A stretch of 64,000 nucleotides of DNA, taken from the NCBI GenBank assembly GCA_031082125.1, contig JAVHLM010000003.1, forward strand, positions 288,842-352,841, written 5' to 3'. The position numbers and the translations under genes were made by a program. This document shows, in pieces, positions 19,950 to 30,088 of this stretch. How positions within the stretch are numbered: position 1 is the stretch's first letter; every line of letters begins with the position of its first letter. The notes beneath the pieces are model-generated. The model saw only the letters and a program-made list of their open reading frames with translations. It ran no database searches and was not told the origin of the DNA. The DNA is from Vulcanimicrobiota bacterium (GTDB taxonomy: Bacteria; Vulcanimicrobiota; CADAWZ01; Ess09-12).

Positions 19950-21356
19950 TCATTCCATTGCAGCCTGTAAGTCTGTCGCGGTTTTTCTGATTTTTTTCTT
20001 ATAAAATATGGGTATTATGGCTCTTTTTATCCCCATTACGGCAAAATTAATAATATGATGCATCTTTATAATACCCATTCCAGAAAGTTTCTTTATAATC
20101 TTCACATACTTCCAGGGGGTATAAAACCTCATGGTAATCTGATCCTTGATGTCTATCAAATCATTGACCTCGTATTTATCAGAAAAAATATACTTGATAT
20201 CATCAATCTCTTTCACATGATAGTCGGGATAGTCATTGATGAGAGTATTCAACGGGGAATACTTATCGGTCATGAGAGTGAATGTTTCGATGGTATCAAT
20301 TCTGGATTTTGCGGCAAACTGAGGAATGCGGAGCATTTCTTCCTTGGTTTCCGTAAAATAGCCCACCATGAAAAAACCGTGGACAAAGAATTTGTAACTG
20401 CTTATTGTGCGTAAAGCCTTTAATGCTTCGGCGGTATCAAATCCCTTGTTCATCAGTTTTAATACGCGGTCACTTGCCGATTCGATTCCAATGGTGAGAA
20501 TTCTTATTCCCGCCTTATACATTTTCTCAAGAACATCGGGATGCTTGCCCACATCAAGGCGAACTGCAGCCATGAAATTTTTCTTCAGCCCTTTCTCAAT
20601 GATGAGGTCACAGATTTTTTCGACACGCTTGACATTTGCGGCAAAGTTGTCATCGGTGATCAATATGACCGGGGCATCGATGGTCATTAATTCTTCCACG
20701 ACAGATTCGGGAGATCTTCCCGTCCAGTTTCTTTTCTGCCCCAGCGGGTTATTATTGAAATTACAGAATTTGCAATGAAAAGGACACCCTCGGGAAGTTG
20801 AGATGAGATCGACGGTAATCCCGATTTCTTTATTGGTATAATCGTACCTGCGAAGTCCCCTGTTCACGATAATGCTGTTGTCAATTGCCTTCAGGTTCCG
20901 GTTCTCATTATGAACTACCGTGCCGTTTTTCCTGAATGAAATGCCATCAATGGCTTCAAAATTCTTTCCCTCTGCAATCTCCCTGATGCTCTCCTCTCCA
21001 TCGCCTCTTACGATGCATGAAACCCTGGGATGCTGCTGAAAAATTTCTTCAACATAGGCAGTGGCTGTTCTGCCTCCCACGATGATGGTATTCTCTTCAG
21101 GCACCTGCTCGATGATTGCTGAAAGTGCGGGGAGCTCAAAGTCCCAGTTGATCGAGACTGCAACCATGGCGCCATTGCCTTTTTTTACCAGGGGAACAAA
21201 AGTCTCTTCATGCCTGAGGTCTACAATGGTGACGGGAATGCCGGCTTTCTCCAGGACTGTCCCGATGATTTCCAGCCCCAGCGGTGGATAGTAATGGTAG
21301 CTGGTTTTCGTTTTTCCCGCATGAGGGTAAATGAGCAAAGCACTTGTAAATTCCAT
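19950..21356 (-). CDS. B12-binding domain radical SAM protein
   Basis: PPLGL, VGG, VRGDGE, SRGCPFHCKFC, GIES motifs. AT-rich relative to its neighbours. Confidence 0.9.
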   Translation of the reverse strand: MEFTSALLIYPHAGKTKTSYHYYPPLGLEIIGTVLEKAGIPVTIVDLRHEETFVPLVKKGNGAMVAVSINWDFELPALSAIIEQVPEENTIIVGGRTATAYVEEIFQQHPRVSCIVRGDGEESIREIAEGKNFEAIDGISFRKNGTVVHNENRNLKAIDNSIIVNRGLRRYDYTNKEIGITVDLISTSRGCPFHCKFCNFNNNPLGQKRNWTGRSPESVVEELMTIDAPVILITDDNFAANVKRVEKICDLIIEKGLKKNFMAAVRLDVGKHPDVLEKMYKAGIRILTIGIESASDRVLKLMNKGFDTAEALKALRTISSYKFFVHGFFMVGYFTETKEEMLRIPQFAAKSRIDTIETFTLMTDKYSPLNTLINDYPDYHVKEIDDIKYIFSDKYEVNDLIDIKDQITMRFYTPWKYVKIIKKLSGMGIIKMHHIINFAVMGIKRAIIPIFYKKKIRKTATDLQAAME

Positions 21357-21490
21357 AGCATTCTCACCTGATCAACTGATAAAGTATTGAAGCAGAGAGC
21401 ATGTCCAGTCCATTACAGGATTACCATGATCGTGGGCGTGGCACCGGGGTAAAATTTGGAGGCTCATCCGTTTCTGCTCAAAGTGGTGAA

Positions 21491-21519
21491 ATTATAGCAT
21501 AAGTATCCTGGAAAGTCAA
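21491..21519 (-). promoter_or_regulatory. Putative sigma70 promoter (extended -10)
   Basis: TTGACT-N17-TATAAT with TG at the extended position. Confidence 0.65.
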
Positions 21520-21820
21520 AAAGTGATAAAATATTAGAATATGGGGGACCGGTGAGGCCGAGCCTCATGAATTCACCGCGAGCGGGGGGTGACGCACCTC
21601 CCGGCCATGCCGTTATCGACGGTAAGACAGGGCATTTCAGTCTCACACGTAGAAAACGCACCTCTCCATGTTTCGAAAGCGCAGGGATTCTCCAAGCTCA
21701 ATGGTGCACTGCTGGCTGCACGATGGGTAAAACATCTGCATTGACAGGATTACGGTAATAAATATTATCGTTACAGTCCTCACAGCGGATTCGGCCTGCC
21801 TGTGAAGGGGGGAGAAACCG

Positions 21821-22024
21821 CTATGCAGAAAGCTTCTGTCCCGTTACCTTGGTTTTCTTCTTAGGGGTCGGGACCTTATTCACTGGTTCTTCCTTCTTCA
21901 GAAAGGTATCCAGCTTATTGGTTATCATCATCGGAAGCTCGATGAACCTGTCAGCCTCGTACCACATCTTCCCGTTCCAAATATAATTGATACCATCCAT
22001 TTCGCATGTAAATACTTGACTCAT
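21821..22024 (-). CDS. Small hypothetical protein (67 aa)
   Basis: AAGGAAGAG RBS, own promoter, downstream hairpin. Confidence 0.65.
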   Translation of the reverse strand: MSQVFTCEMDGINYIWNGKMWYEADRFIELPMMITNKLDTFLKKEEPVNKVPTPKKKTKVTGQKLSA

Positions 22025-22200
22025 AATTTACTCTTCCTTTCTCTACGTCGAAAACGCCACTGATGTTATGACAGATCCTGCAGACAGCCTTTCGGAATCA
22101 GGGGAAACGAAGGGCATGAGGATAAATGATTAAGGCAGTTCCTCAGGTTAATGGAGCCTGCACTGAAAGTGGATAGGAAAAATAGTTTATCACTATCTCT

Positions 22201-22229
22201 ATTATAGCAGAAATATGAAAGATAAGCAA
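22201..22229 (-). promoter_or_regulatory. Putative sigma70 promoter (extended -10) giving a ~170 nt leader
   Basis: TTGCTT-N17-TATAAT with TG at the extended position. Confidence 0.6.
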
Positions 22230-22592
22230 TTATCGGGGACAGCTTCCTGACTTTTTGGCCTGTCCCCGGGGTGGTGGTTGATTTTGGTTATGAGCTCCGG
22301 CTCGTGGAGCCACGGCGGAGCTTACCCTGCTCTTTGAGCATGGAAACCATTAATGGCGCTGGAGGTTGCCTCCTGAAGGATTCCATCCCTCTTCTCTTGA
22401 AGCTTACAGAGAATATGGGCAAAGGTCCTACGGCAAATAGTACGCAGCTTCTCTCCAGCACAGCATCTGCGCAGCAATACCGGTAAGAATGCGCTATCGG
22501 CCTTGGGCCTTTCAAAGAATGCCATCAGGACATTGAAGCATATAGGGGTCACTAAGGTGATTTTAAGGAGTATATGACAGAGGAGGAGTATC

Positions 22593-22958
22593 ATGGAAGA
22601 CAGCATGGTCGCCATAAGTCCCTGCACACTGGATCAGGCAATCAAGATAATTCATCTTCCCGCAAAAATTGATTCAAGCACCGCGGAAAAGGTTACTTCA
22701 GAGGCCATGGCCGCCTTTGAAGGGAATCCGGGAGGTATTCTTTTCAATTTGAAGGAGGTCACCTTCGTAAGCAGCGCGGGAATAAGGATGTTCATCATGG
22801 CTTACAAAAAGGCTAAAGCCGAGGGTATCAAGATAGCCATGATACATGTTCATCCCAATGTCTATAAAATCTTCAAAGTGGCAGCCCTCGACAGTGAATT
22901 CAATATCTGTGACAGCGAGGCCCAGGCGCTGAAAGAGGTCTGGCTCCTGCAGTCATGA
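22593..22958 (+). CDS. STAS domain anti-sigma factor antagonist
   Basis: VTFVSSAGIR phosphorylation-site motif; GGAGGAG RBS. Confidence 0.9.
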   Translation: MEDSMVAISPCTLDQAIKIIHLPAKIDSSTAEKVTSEAMAAFEGNPGGILFNLKEVTFVSSAGIRMFIMAYKKAKAEGIKIAMIHVHPNVYKIFKVAALDSEFNICDSEAQALKEVWLLQS

Positions 22959-22998
22959 GCTTATGTGAGAAATACAGAGAGAGGAAGGAGCATTTCCC

Positions 22999-25596
22999 AT
23001 GGCAACAATGACAACAGAAACTGATGTGGCGCAGATCGTTGAAGAGATGGTCAGGCAATCAAAGGAAGCCTCGGCGGTCTTCACCCAGTACAGCCAGGAA
23101 GATGTGGATCGGATCGTCTACGCCGCCGCCAGGGCCGGCGCCCATCACCGTATCGAGCTTGCCAGGATGGCTGTCGAAGAGACAGGAATGGGGGTCTTTG
23201 AAGACAAGGTCATCAAGAATCTCTTTGCAACAGAAAATGTGTACCATGATATAAGGGATATCAAGACAGTGGGGTTAATTCATGACTGTGCTGAGACGGG
23301 GATCATGGAGTTTGCCGAGCCCCTGGGAGTTATTCTGGCGATCACGCCCGTCACCAACCCCACGTCAACCTGCATGTTCAAGATACTTCTCGCTCTCAAG
23401 ACGCGGAACACCATAATCATCTCGCCTGCCAGAAATGCCATGAAGTGCACCAACGAGGCGGCGCGTATTCTCTACGAGGCCGCACTCGAGGCCGGTGCCC
23501 CCGATTATTGCGTCCGCTGGGTCGAGAATCCTTCCAGGGAGGTAACGCACGCCCTTATGAGCCACCCGGATGTCGCAGTTGTTCTGGCTACTGGAGGCAC
23601 GGGGCTCGTCCATGCAGCTTACGGCTCGGGAAAGCCTGCAATCGGTGTCGGGCCTGGAAATGTTCCGGTGTTCATTGAGAAAACTGCCGATCTCGATCAG
23701 GCCATCAATGACATAGTGCTCAGCAAGACTTTCGATAACGGGATGATATGCGCCTCGGAGCAGTCGCTCATTGTCGAAGCTTCGATTAAGGATAAGGTCG
23801 AAGAGAAATTGCGCGCCATGGGAGCCTATTTCCTCTCCCGCGAGGAGACTGAGAAGCTTCAGAATATAGTCATCGATCCCCAGAAAATGACCATGAATCC
23901 CAAGGTGGTTGGCCAGAAGGCAGCGCATATTGCCGAAATGGCGGGAATCAAAGTCCCCCAGGATACGCGGCTACTCATCGCCCCTCTTGACGGCGTAGGG
24001 GATGGGTATCCCCTTTCGCGGGAAAAGCTCTGCCCCCTCCTTGGCTTCTATACTGTCCAGAGCCTTGATGAAGGCGTCAACCTCTGCACCGATCTCACCC
24101 ATCTCGGCGGGCTCGGCCACACGGCCTCAATTTTCTCCAAGGATCCCGAGGCGATAAGGGAATTCGGCGAGACAATCAATGCAGGGAGGGTCATCGTGAA
24201 CGCCCCTTCATCCCATGGAGGCATCGGCGACATCTACAACTGCCTCCATCCCTCCCTTACCCTCGGCTGCGGCGCAGGCGGCCGGAATATCACGACTGAC
24301 AACGTGACGGTGACTCACCTGCTCAATATCAAAAGAATATCAAAGAGGATGGCGAAGATGAGATGGTTCCGTGTTCCTTCCCGAATCTATTTTGAGCCCC
24401 ACTCCATGGATATGTTCCTGAAACAGGAGGCAAAAGAGCTGGGATGCCACCGCGCATTCATTGTCTGCACTGGCTCTGGCATAAGGCAGGGAGCTGTGGG
24501 CCGCCTGGAGCAGGGCCTGCTGGAAGCGGGCATCACGTCAACGATATTCTCCGATATCGCGCCTGATCCCACCCTCGAGATGATTGAGGCCGGCTACAGG
24601 GCCATGGAGAGGGCAAAGCCCGATCTCATCGTCGCCATCGGCGGCGGCTCGCCTCTTGACGCGGCGAAGGCAATGTGGTTCTTTTATGAGCAGCCCGACT
24701 TTTCTTTTAATGACCTCAAGCTTTACTTCATGGACATCAGGAAGCGGATCGTGAAGTTCCCTTCCCTTGGCAGGAAGGCAAAACTCATTGCCATTCCCAC
24801 GACGAGCGGCACCGGGAGCGAGGTAACGGCCTTCACCGTCGTCACCGACAGCACGACGCATAAAAAATATCCCATTGCCGATTATTCCCTCACGCCCGAT
24901 ATCGCCATCATTGATCCCACCCTTGTCATGACTGTTCCTGCCGAAACCACCGCAGATACGGGTTTAGATGCGCTCTCCCATGCGCTTGAATGCTACGTCT
25001 CGATTATCGCCTCCGATTTCACCGATCCTCTTGCCCTGAAGGCCATTCAGCTCATCTTCAAGTATCTCCCCGATGCGATGAAGAACGGGAAAGATGCCAG
25101 GGCAAGGGAGAAACTGCACAATGCATCGACAATTGCCGGCATGGCCTTTGCGAATGCATTCCTGGGAATCAACCACTCGCTTGCCCATATCCTCGGTGCC
25201 ACTTTCCACATCTCCCATGGGCGCGCCAACGCCTTTGTCATGATCCCTGTCCTGCGCTACAATGCCGAAAAGCCCCACAAGCTCCAGGCGTACCCTAATT
25301 ATGAAAGTCCCAAGTCGAAGGAGCGCTATGGGGAGATCGCCCATGCGCTCAATCTCTCTTTCAAGACCCCTGAAGAGGGGGTGGAGAGTCTCGTCAATGC
25401 CATCAAGGAGCTGAAGAAGCAGGTCGGCATTCCCGCCTCACTGAAGGAAGCCGGCATCGCCAAGGCAGATTTCGACAAGCAGATCGACAGGATGGCGGAA
25501 CTGGCCTTTGAGGACCAGTGCACGGTGTCAAACCCGAGCTATCCCCTCGTGGAGGATCTGAAACAGATGCTCAGGGATACCTACGACGGCGTCTGA
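22999..25596 (+). CDS. adhE: Bifunctional acetaldehyde-CoA/alcohol dehydrogenase
   Basis: ALDH half (PVTNPTST, GVGPGN, FDNGMICASEQ) fused to Fe-ADH half (GGGSPLDAAK, PTTSGTGSE, HSLAH); 865 aa. Confidence 0.97.
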   Translation: MATMTTETDVAQIVEEMVRQSKEASAVFTQYSQEDVDRIVYAAARAGAHHRIELARMAVEETGMGVFEDKVIKNLFATENVYHDIRDIKTVGLIHDCAETGIMEFAEPLGVILAITPVTNPTSTCMFKILLALKTRNTIIISPARNAMKCTNEAARILYEAALEAGAPDYCVRWVENPSREVTHALMSHPDVAVVLATGGTGLVHAAYGSGKPAIGVGPGNVPVFIEKTADLDQAINDIVLSKTFDNGMICASEQSLIVEASIKDKVEEKLRAMGAYFLSREETEKLQNIVIDPQKMTMNPKVVGQKAAHIAEMAGIKVPQDTRLLIAPLDGVGDGYPLSREKLCPLLGFYTVQSLDEGVNLCTDLTHLGGLGHTASIFSKDPEAIREFGETINAGRVIVNAPSSHGGIGDIYNCLHPSLTLGCGAGGRNITTDNVTVTHLLNIKRISKRMAKMRWFRVPSRIYFEPHSMDMFLKQEAKELGCHRAFIVCTGSGIRQGAVGRLEQGLLEAGITSTIFSDIAPDPTLEMIEAGYRAMERAKPDLIVAIGGGSPLDAAKAMWFFYEQPDFSFNDLKLYFMDIRKRIVKFPSLGRKAKLIAIPTTSGTGSEVTAFTVVTDSTTHKKYPIADYSLTPDIAIIDPTLVMTVPAETTADTGLDALSHALECYVSIIASDFTDPLALKAIQLIFKYLPDAMKNGKDARAREKLHNASTIAGMAFANAFLGINHSLAHILGATFHISHGRANAFVMIPVLRYNAEKPHKLQAYPNYESPKSKERYGEIAHALNLSFKTPEEGVESLVNAIKELKKQVGIPASLKEAGIAKADFDKQIDRMAELAFEDQCTVSNPSYPLVEDLKQMLRDTYDGV

Positions 25597-25826
25597 GGGA
25601 GGGGCATCACCGGGCTTCTTGGTCAGATCATGCAGTGAGGGTATCACATGCCGGGATTATATCCGGCATGGCCTGCAGCCACCTGCTCTCTCTTTGTACC
25701 TCTTCATGGCGGGATTTTTTACAAAAATGTTACAATAAGGCAACATGTATCTGCTTTTATAATGAATTGTTAACATGAATACCATTAATCATGGGAAAAT
25801 ATCCGTTATATTATAATTAGAAGACT

Positions 25827-26354
25827 ATGGGAGATGGTGGTATGTGGGGAGAAAATCTTGTGGCGTCGATACAGGATGTGATACGGACAAACCCTTTCCT
25901 GTCCTATATTGCGTACCCCCAGGGGACCTCTGACACGAGGCGCAGAGCGGAGCCTGAGGCAGAGAAAAAGGAAGAGCTTCTCCTTTCCCGGGAAGCTCTC
26001 GAGATCGTTCCCATGGAAGAAGAGGAGGCTGACGAGAGATTTCATGACGGAGAGGCAGAGCGTGGAAAAAGTGATGAAGAGCGCCTCGAGGAGATTGACC
26101 GCCATGTCACGGAGCTCCTGACCCTCCTTCTTATGAACCAGGAATACGCGGTAATCGTGCTCGAGAATTTCAACAGGACGCGGGACCTCTTTCTTCAGAA
26201 TCAGCGTCCCGATGCAGAAGCTTCGGAATCAAGGCCCTCATTGAAAGTCCTTAAGCACCTCTCCTTTGAGGAGCGGCTTCCCGCACAATTTCGCCAGGCC
26301 TTTCTCAATCTATTTCTCGAATACCAGGCTCTCAGCCGTTACACAAGCCGGTAA
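25827..26354 (+). CDS. Hypothetical protein
   Basis: Acidic, helical ORF with an ELLLSREA motif; AT-rich promoter region upstream. Confidence 0.6.
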   Translation: MGDGGMWGENLVASIQDVIRTNPFLSYIAYPQGTSDTRRRAEPEAEKKEELLLSREALEIVPMEEEEADERFHDGEAERGKSDEERLEEIDRHVTELLTLLLMNQEYAVIVLENFNRTRDLFLQNQRPDAEASESRPSLKVLKHLSFEERLPAQFRQAFLNLFLEYQALSRYTSR

Positions 26355-26604
26355 CGCCACAACAACCCCATGGAATTTTCTATGGAGTATGCTCCCTGAC
26401 ACATTCAGTGCCACTGATTCTTTGGCAGGAGTCTTGAAGGCGATATCGCGGGTGTCCCGCCATACAGAGTGGTGAGGGAGACGACTCCCTGCAAAGGGAA
26501 TTACTCCTTTGAAAACGAATCATCATGACAGGCGCCTTGTCACCTATAAGGCGTTTCACTGAAATTGAGGCATCTTTAACAATGAACATTGGAAAGAACG
26601 TGAG

Positions 26605-28377
26605 ATGGAGCATAGTGAGAAGATAAAGAATCGCCTCGCGGTTATCATGTGGCTCATCCTCTCTGTGAATGGCATTCTTGCCATCTCATCAGGCGGGGCC
26701 TCCAAGAGTCTGGTGTTCATCCTTGTGCTGATTGTTTTCGGCAGCGCCTTGTGCCTTTCTCTCACTGTCGCCAGTACCCGCACCCTCATAAGGCCTGCAC
26801 TGCTTTTTATCATCATCGTGGCTTTTGTGCTCACCATAACCTTTATTTCCCACTTTTCCCCGCTCAGGGAGCCTCTCTCACTCAGTTTCATAATATTGCT
26901 TGTGAGCACGGCATTTTACTTTCAGCCTGCCGAGGCGATTATTCTCACCGCTCTCATGAGCATGATGGAAGCGATTCTTCTTTACCTTCCGGAAAAATCC
27001 ATGGTGGCCCTTGTAAGCACCCGGCTTCTTATCACTGTTACCGGCTATTTTTTCATCGTACTCGTGGCAGGTATCTTTTCCAGTGAAAGCCGCCAGGAGC
27101 TCCGGGCCATCGACGGCGAGGCAGAGAAACTGAAAAAGAGCCTCTCGGACCTGGGAACAGAAAAGGCACAGGTTGAAAAGGAAAAAGCACGGGCTGAAAA
27201 GGAAAAGGCACAGGTTGAAAATGAGAAAGATGAGCTCACCAGGATCCAGGAGAAGCTCAATGCCGAAGTCTCCAGGAGGGAATCCCTCCATCAGATAACC
27301 TGTGACTTCACCCAGACACTTGACAGCAGCGTAATCTCACGCCAGCTCATCGAGATCCTCAAAAGCTCTCTCCCCTTTGAGACTGGCGGGGTATTTCTTG
27401 TTGACAGGGGGCGGCACAGGATATCCTGTGCCGCTGCCAAGGGTCCCTTTAAAGACGAGATGCAGAATCAGTTGAATGATATTTCGGAGAATATCCTTGC
27501 CATAATAGCCGAAAAGAATGAGCTCTCCATTTTTCACAGCATAGAAGAAGATCCCCGCTTTGACAAGATTGCAGGGAGCACGCAAGTGAAATCGGCGCTC
27601 TACGCCCCCATTTCGCTTGATGCTGAGGTGTACGGGGTGATCTGCTTCTGGAGTGCGACGCGTCGCGCCTTCTCAGATATAAGCCTCGAGTTTTTCAAAT
27701 CGGTGATATATGAAGCGGCACGGGCTTTCAAGAACGCGGAAGTTTACCGCATGCTCGATACAAGGTTCAATTTCATTATCACCCTCTGGAATGCCACCAA
27801 GAAGCTCGCCTCGGTGAGCGACCTCTCCAATACGAGCAAGAATGTGCTCAGGCAGGTCATTGAAACCATAAGAGTACTCTTTGATGCCGACGGCGTCATC
27901 CATTATTTTTATGAGCCCAGCATGAGAATCTTTGTCCCCTTCGTGGTGACCTCCCAGGGGATCATTCACAACCCGGACCTGATGGCTTCTGCAGGTATCG
28001 CGACAGAGCATTTCGGGCAGCTGGTCATGAATGCGAAGAAAATAGAAGAAGGGGAGCTCCTGGAGGGGCCTCTCCATGTCCCTAACGTGAACTTCTCCAC
28101 GTCGAAGGGAAAAGTATTTTCAACAGTCGCAAAAATATTTGACGTGACCTCGCTCTACTGGTATCCCCTCGCGGTGCGGGAAAATGTGCTGGGCGCCCTC
28201 GTGTTTCTTTTCAAGACGGGGAGGGAGTGGACCAAGGAAGAATCACAGTTGGTCGATATTTTCTACTACCTCTACACGCTGAGCATTGAGAACCTTGAGC
28301 TTGTCCATGGGCCGGAGAGCAAGGAGAGAGACAGGACGAAGGAGCTCAACAATGGAGGTCAGGAAATAAAGATTTGA
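26605..28377 (+). CDS. Membrane sensor with coiled coil and two GAF domains, no output domain
   Basis: N-terminal TM helices, coiled coil, GAF motifs (SALYAPI...YGVI; WYPLAVRENVLGAL). Confidence 0.8.
   Translation: MEHSEKIKNRLAVIMWLILSVNGILAISSGGASKSLVFILVLIVFGSALCLSLTVASTRTLIRPALLFIIIVAFVLTITFISHFSPLREPLSLSFIILLVSTAFYFQPAEAIILTALMSMMEAILLYLPEKSMVALVSTRLLITVTGYFFIVLVAGIFSSESRQELRAIDGEAEKLKKSLSDLGTEKAQVEKEKARAEKEKAQVENEKDELTRIQEKLNAEVSRRESLHQITCDFTQTLDSSVISRQLIEILKSSLPFETGGVFLVDRGRHRISCAAAKGPFKDEMQNQLNDISENILAIIAEKNELSIFHSIEEDPRFDKIAGSTQVKSALYAPISLDAEVYGVICFWSATRRAFSDISLEFFKSVIYEAARAFKNAEVYRMLDTRFNFIITLWNATKKLASVSDLSNTSKNVLRQVIETIRVLFDADGVIHYFYEPSMRIFVPFVVTSQGIIHNPDLMASAGIATEHFGQLVMNAKKIEEGELLEGPLHVPNVNFSTSKGKVFSTVAKIFDVTSLYWYPLAVRENVLGALVFLFKTGREWTKEESQLVDIFYYLYTLSIENLELVHGPESKERDRTKELNNGGQEIKI
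27160..27222 (+). repeat. 3 x 21-nt in-frame tandem repeat (EKAQVEK heptads)
   Basis: gaaaaggcacaggttgaaaag / gaaaaagcacgggctgaaaag / gaaaaggcacaggttgaaaat. Confidence 0.85.
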
Positions 28378-28474
28378 TGAGCAATTCAGAGTTCATAAAG
28401 ATGCCGTTACTTATGCTCTTCTGGACAGTATCATTTCGTCAGAAGCACCAGGCGCTCGATGAGTTGAAATCATA

Positions 28475-30088
28475 ATGCGGCCAAAGTTCATCGAACCATT
28501 TAAGAGTAAAGCCCTTCAGCTTTTGCTGCTTATTGCTCTCCTGCTCATCATCAGGTCCTGCTTCTTTGGCGCGCCGCTCTGCAATGATGAAGGTTACTAT
28601 GGTTACATGGCACAGAGGATGCTTGATGGCTCCCTTCCTTACAGGGATGTCCAGGACAATAAGCCTCCTTTTCTCTATTTCATCTATGCAATCTCGCTTT
28701 TCGTCTTTGGAAAGGTTTCCGACATTGGAATCAGGATCACCGCGGCCCTTTTTGCCTGTGGAACTCTCTTTTTTTTATACAATCTCGCGGAATTGCTCTT
28801 TGACCGGAAGAGAGCCTTCATCTCTTCACTTTTCTTTGCGCTTTTATCTGGTGGGGTATCATTCCTGGGGTGGAGCGCCGAGGCCGAGATATTTATGACC
28901 TTTCCGCTCTGTGCTTCTTATTTTTTCTTCTATAAAGGCTTGAAACAGGCATTGCCGCGCTATTTCCTCTTTTCCGGGCTTGCCCTTTCCGCCGCATTCC
29001 TTATTAAAAGCGTCGCGGTTTTCTACGTTCCCATACTGCTGATTTTTCTTTTTTTATCTATGAAGGTGAATAGAGCACTCATGATAAGATCAAGTCTTTC
29101 TTTTTTGGGAGGATTCCTTGCCCTTAACCTCATTACCTTGATATGGCTCGCCTTTACAGGAGTGCTCGATGATTTTATTCAGTGTGTTGTTCTTTATAAT
29201 ATGGTTTACCTGGCTCATGGTGCCTCCATGAGTGATTTTTTTCCTCTCCTTGGGCGGAGATTCATTGATGACGGGCTCCTGCTTGAGTTAGGCCTGCCAC
29301 TTTCTCTGGCTTTCGTGTCGCTTGCCTATCATATGTTATTTGAAAGAGATGAGAGCTTTATTTTCCTGCTCCTTCTCCTTGTGACAGGTATTCTCCAATA
29401 TTTTCAGGGATGGAAGGTTTTTTCTTTTTACCTTTTCCCCGCTCTCCCGGTCCTGTTCATTCTTGCTGCAGATGGGTTGAAGCGATTGTGGAGCATGGGT
29501 GGGCGCATAAGCCGGGTCATATTCATAGTCATGATGGTTCTCCCGGGAAGCCTTGTATTTCAATATGAGTTGAAATATTGCACAGATTTTAATAATCTCT
29601 GCATAAGCCCAAGAAACAGAACCTATTTTCAGATAAAGGAAATTGCGCTCAGCCTCAGGCAGCGCATGGCCATGGAAGACTATGCCTATAACTGGGGCTG
29701 CGAGGGAGAGCTTTACTTTTACATGGGAAGAAAGCTCCCCACGAAGCACGTGGTCATGGACCGGCTGTACTATCTATCCAGGTCGTCATATACCGGCAGG
29801 CCCTCTTTTCTGAAAGGATTTGTCGCGGCTTCCTTGAAGGAATATGGGGAGGATCTCCTGCGCTCTCTTTCCGCCTCTCCTCCATCTTTCATTATTGTCT
29901 CCTCTCCGTCGCCTGATTTTTCCGCAACAGACTACACAAGAGGGATTGCGGAAGATCTGGAAAAGTTTATCAGCGACAGGTATGAATTATCTGGTACAAG
30001 GGAGCGGATCAGGATATATCGTTTAAAAAAGAGCTCTCCCTCCATGAGAAGGTCCGAGTTTCTCTGTCAGTTTAAGGATGCGCCATGA
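28475..30088 (+). CDS. GT-C (ArnT/PMT, GT39/83-like) membrane glycosyltransferase
   Basis: DEGYY...LPYRDVQDNKPP motif; multi-TM. Confidence 0.85.
   Translation: MRPKFIEPFKSKALQLLLLIALLLIIRSCFFGAPLCNDEGYYGYMAQRMLDGSLPYRDVQDNKPPFLYFIYAISLFVFGKVSDIGIRITAALFACGTLFFLYNLAELLFDRKRAFISSLFFALLSGGVSFLGWSAEAEIFMTFPLCASYFFFYKGLKQALPRYFLFSGLALSAAFLIKSVAVFYVPILLIFLFLSMKVNRALMIRSSLSFLGGFLALNLITLIWLAFTGVLDDFIQCVVLYNMVYLAHGASMSDFFPLLGRRFIDDGLLLELGLPLSLAFVSLAYHMLFERDESFIFLLLLLVTGILQYFQGWKVFSFYLFPALPVLFILAADGLKRLWSMGGRISRVIFIVMMVLPGSLVFQYELKYCTDFNNLCISPRNRTYFQIKEIALSLRQRMAMEDYAYNWGCEGELYFYMGRKLPTKHVVMDRLYYLSRSSYTGRPSFLKGFVAASLKEYGEDLLRSLSASPPSFIIVSSPSPDFSATDYTRGIAEDLEKFISDRYELSGTRERIRIYRLKKSSPSMRRSEFLCQFKDAP

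Noticed and set aside
22025-22500. Known riboswitch (c-di-GMP, c-di-AMP, fluoride) in the long intergenic regions
   Set aside because: Only isolated words match; the consensus cores are not present.
25647-25670. CATGCCGG-N8-CCGGCATG hairpin after adhE
   Set aside because: No U-tract and no second copy; cannot be called a terminator or repeat element.
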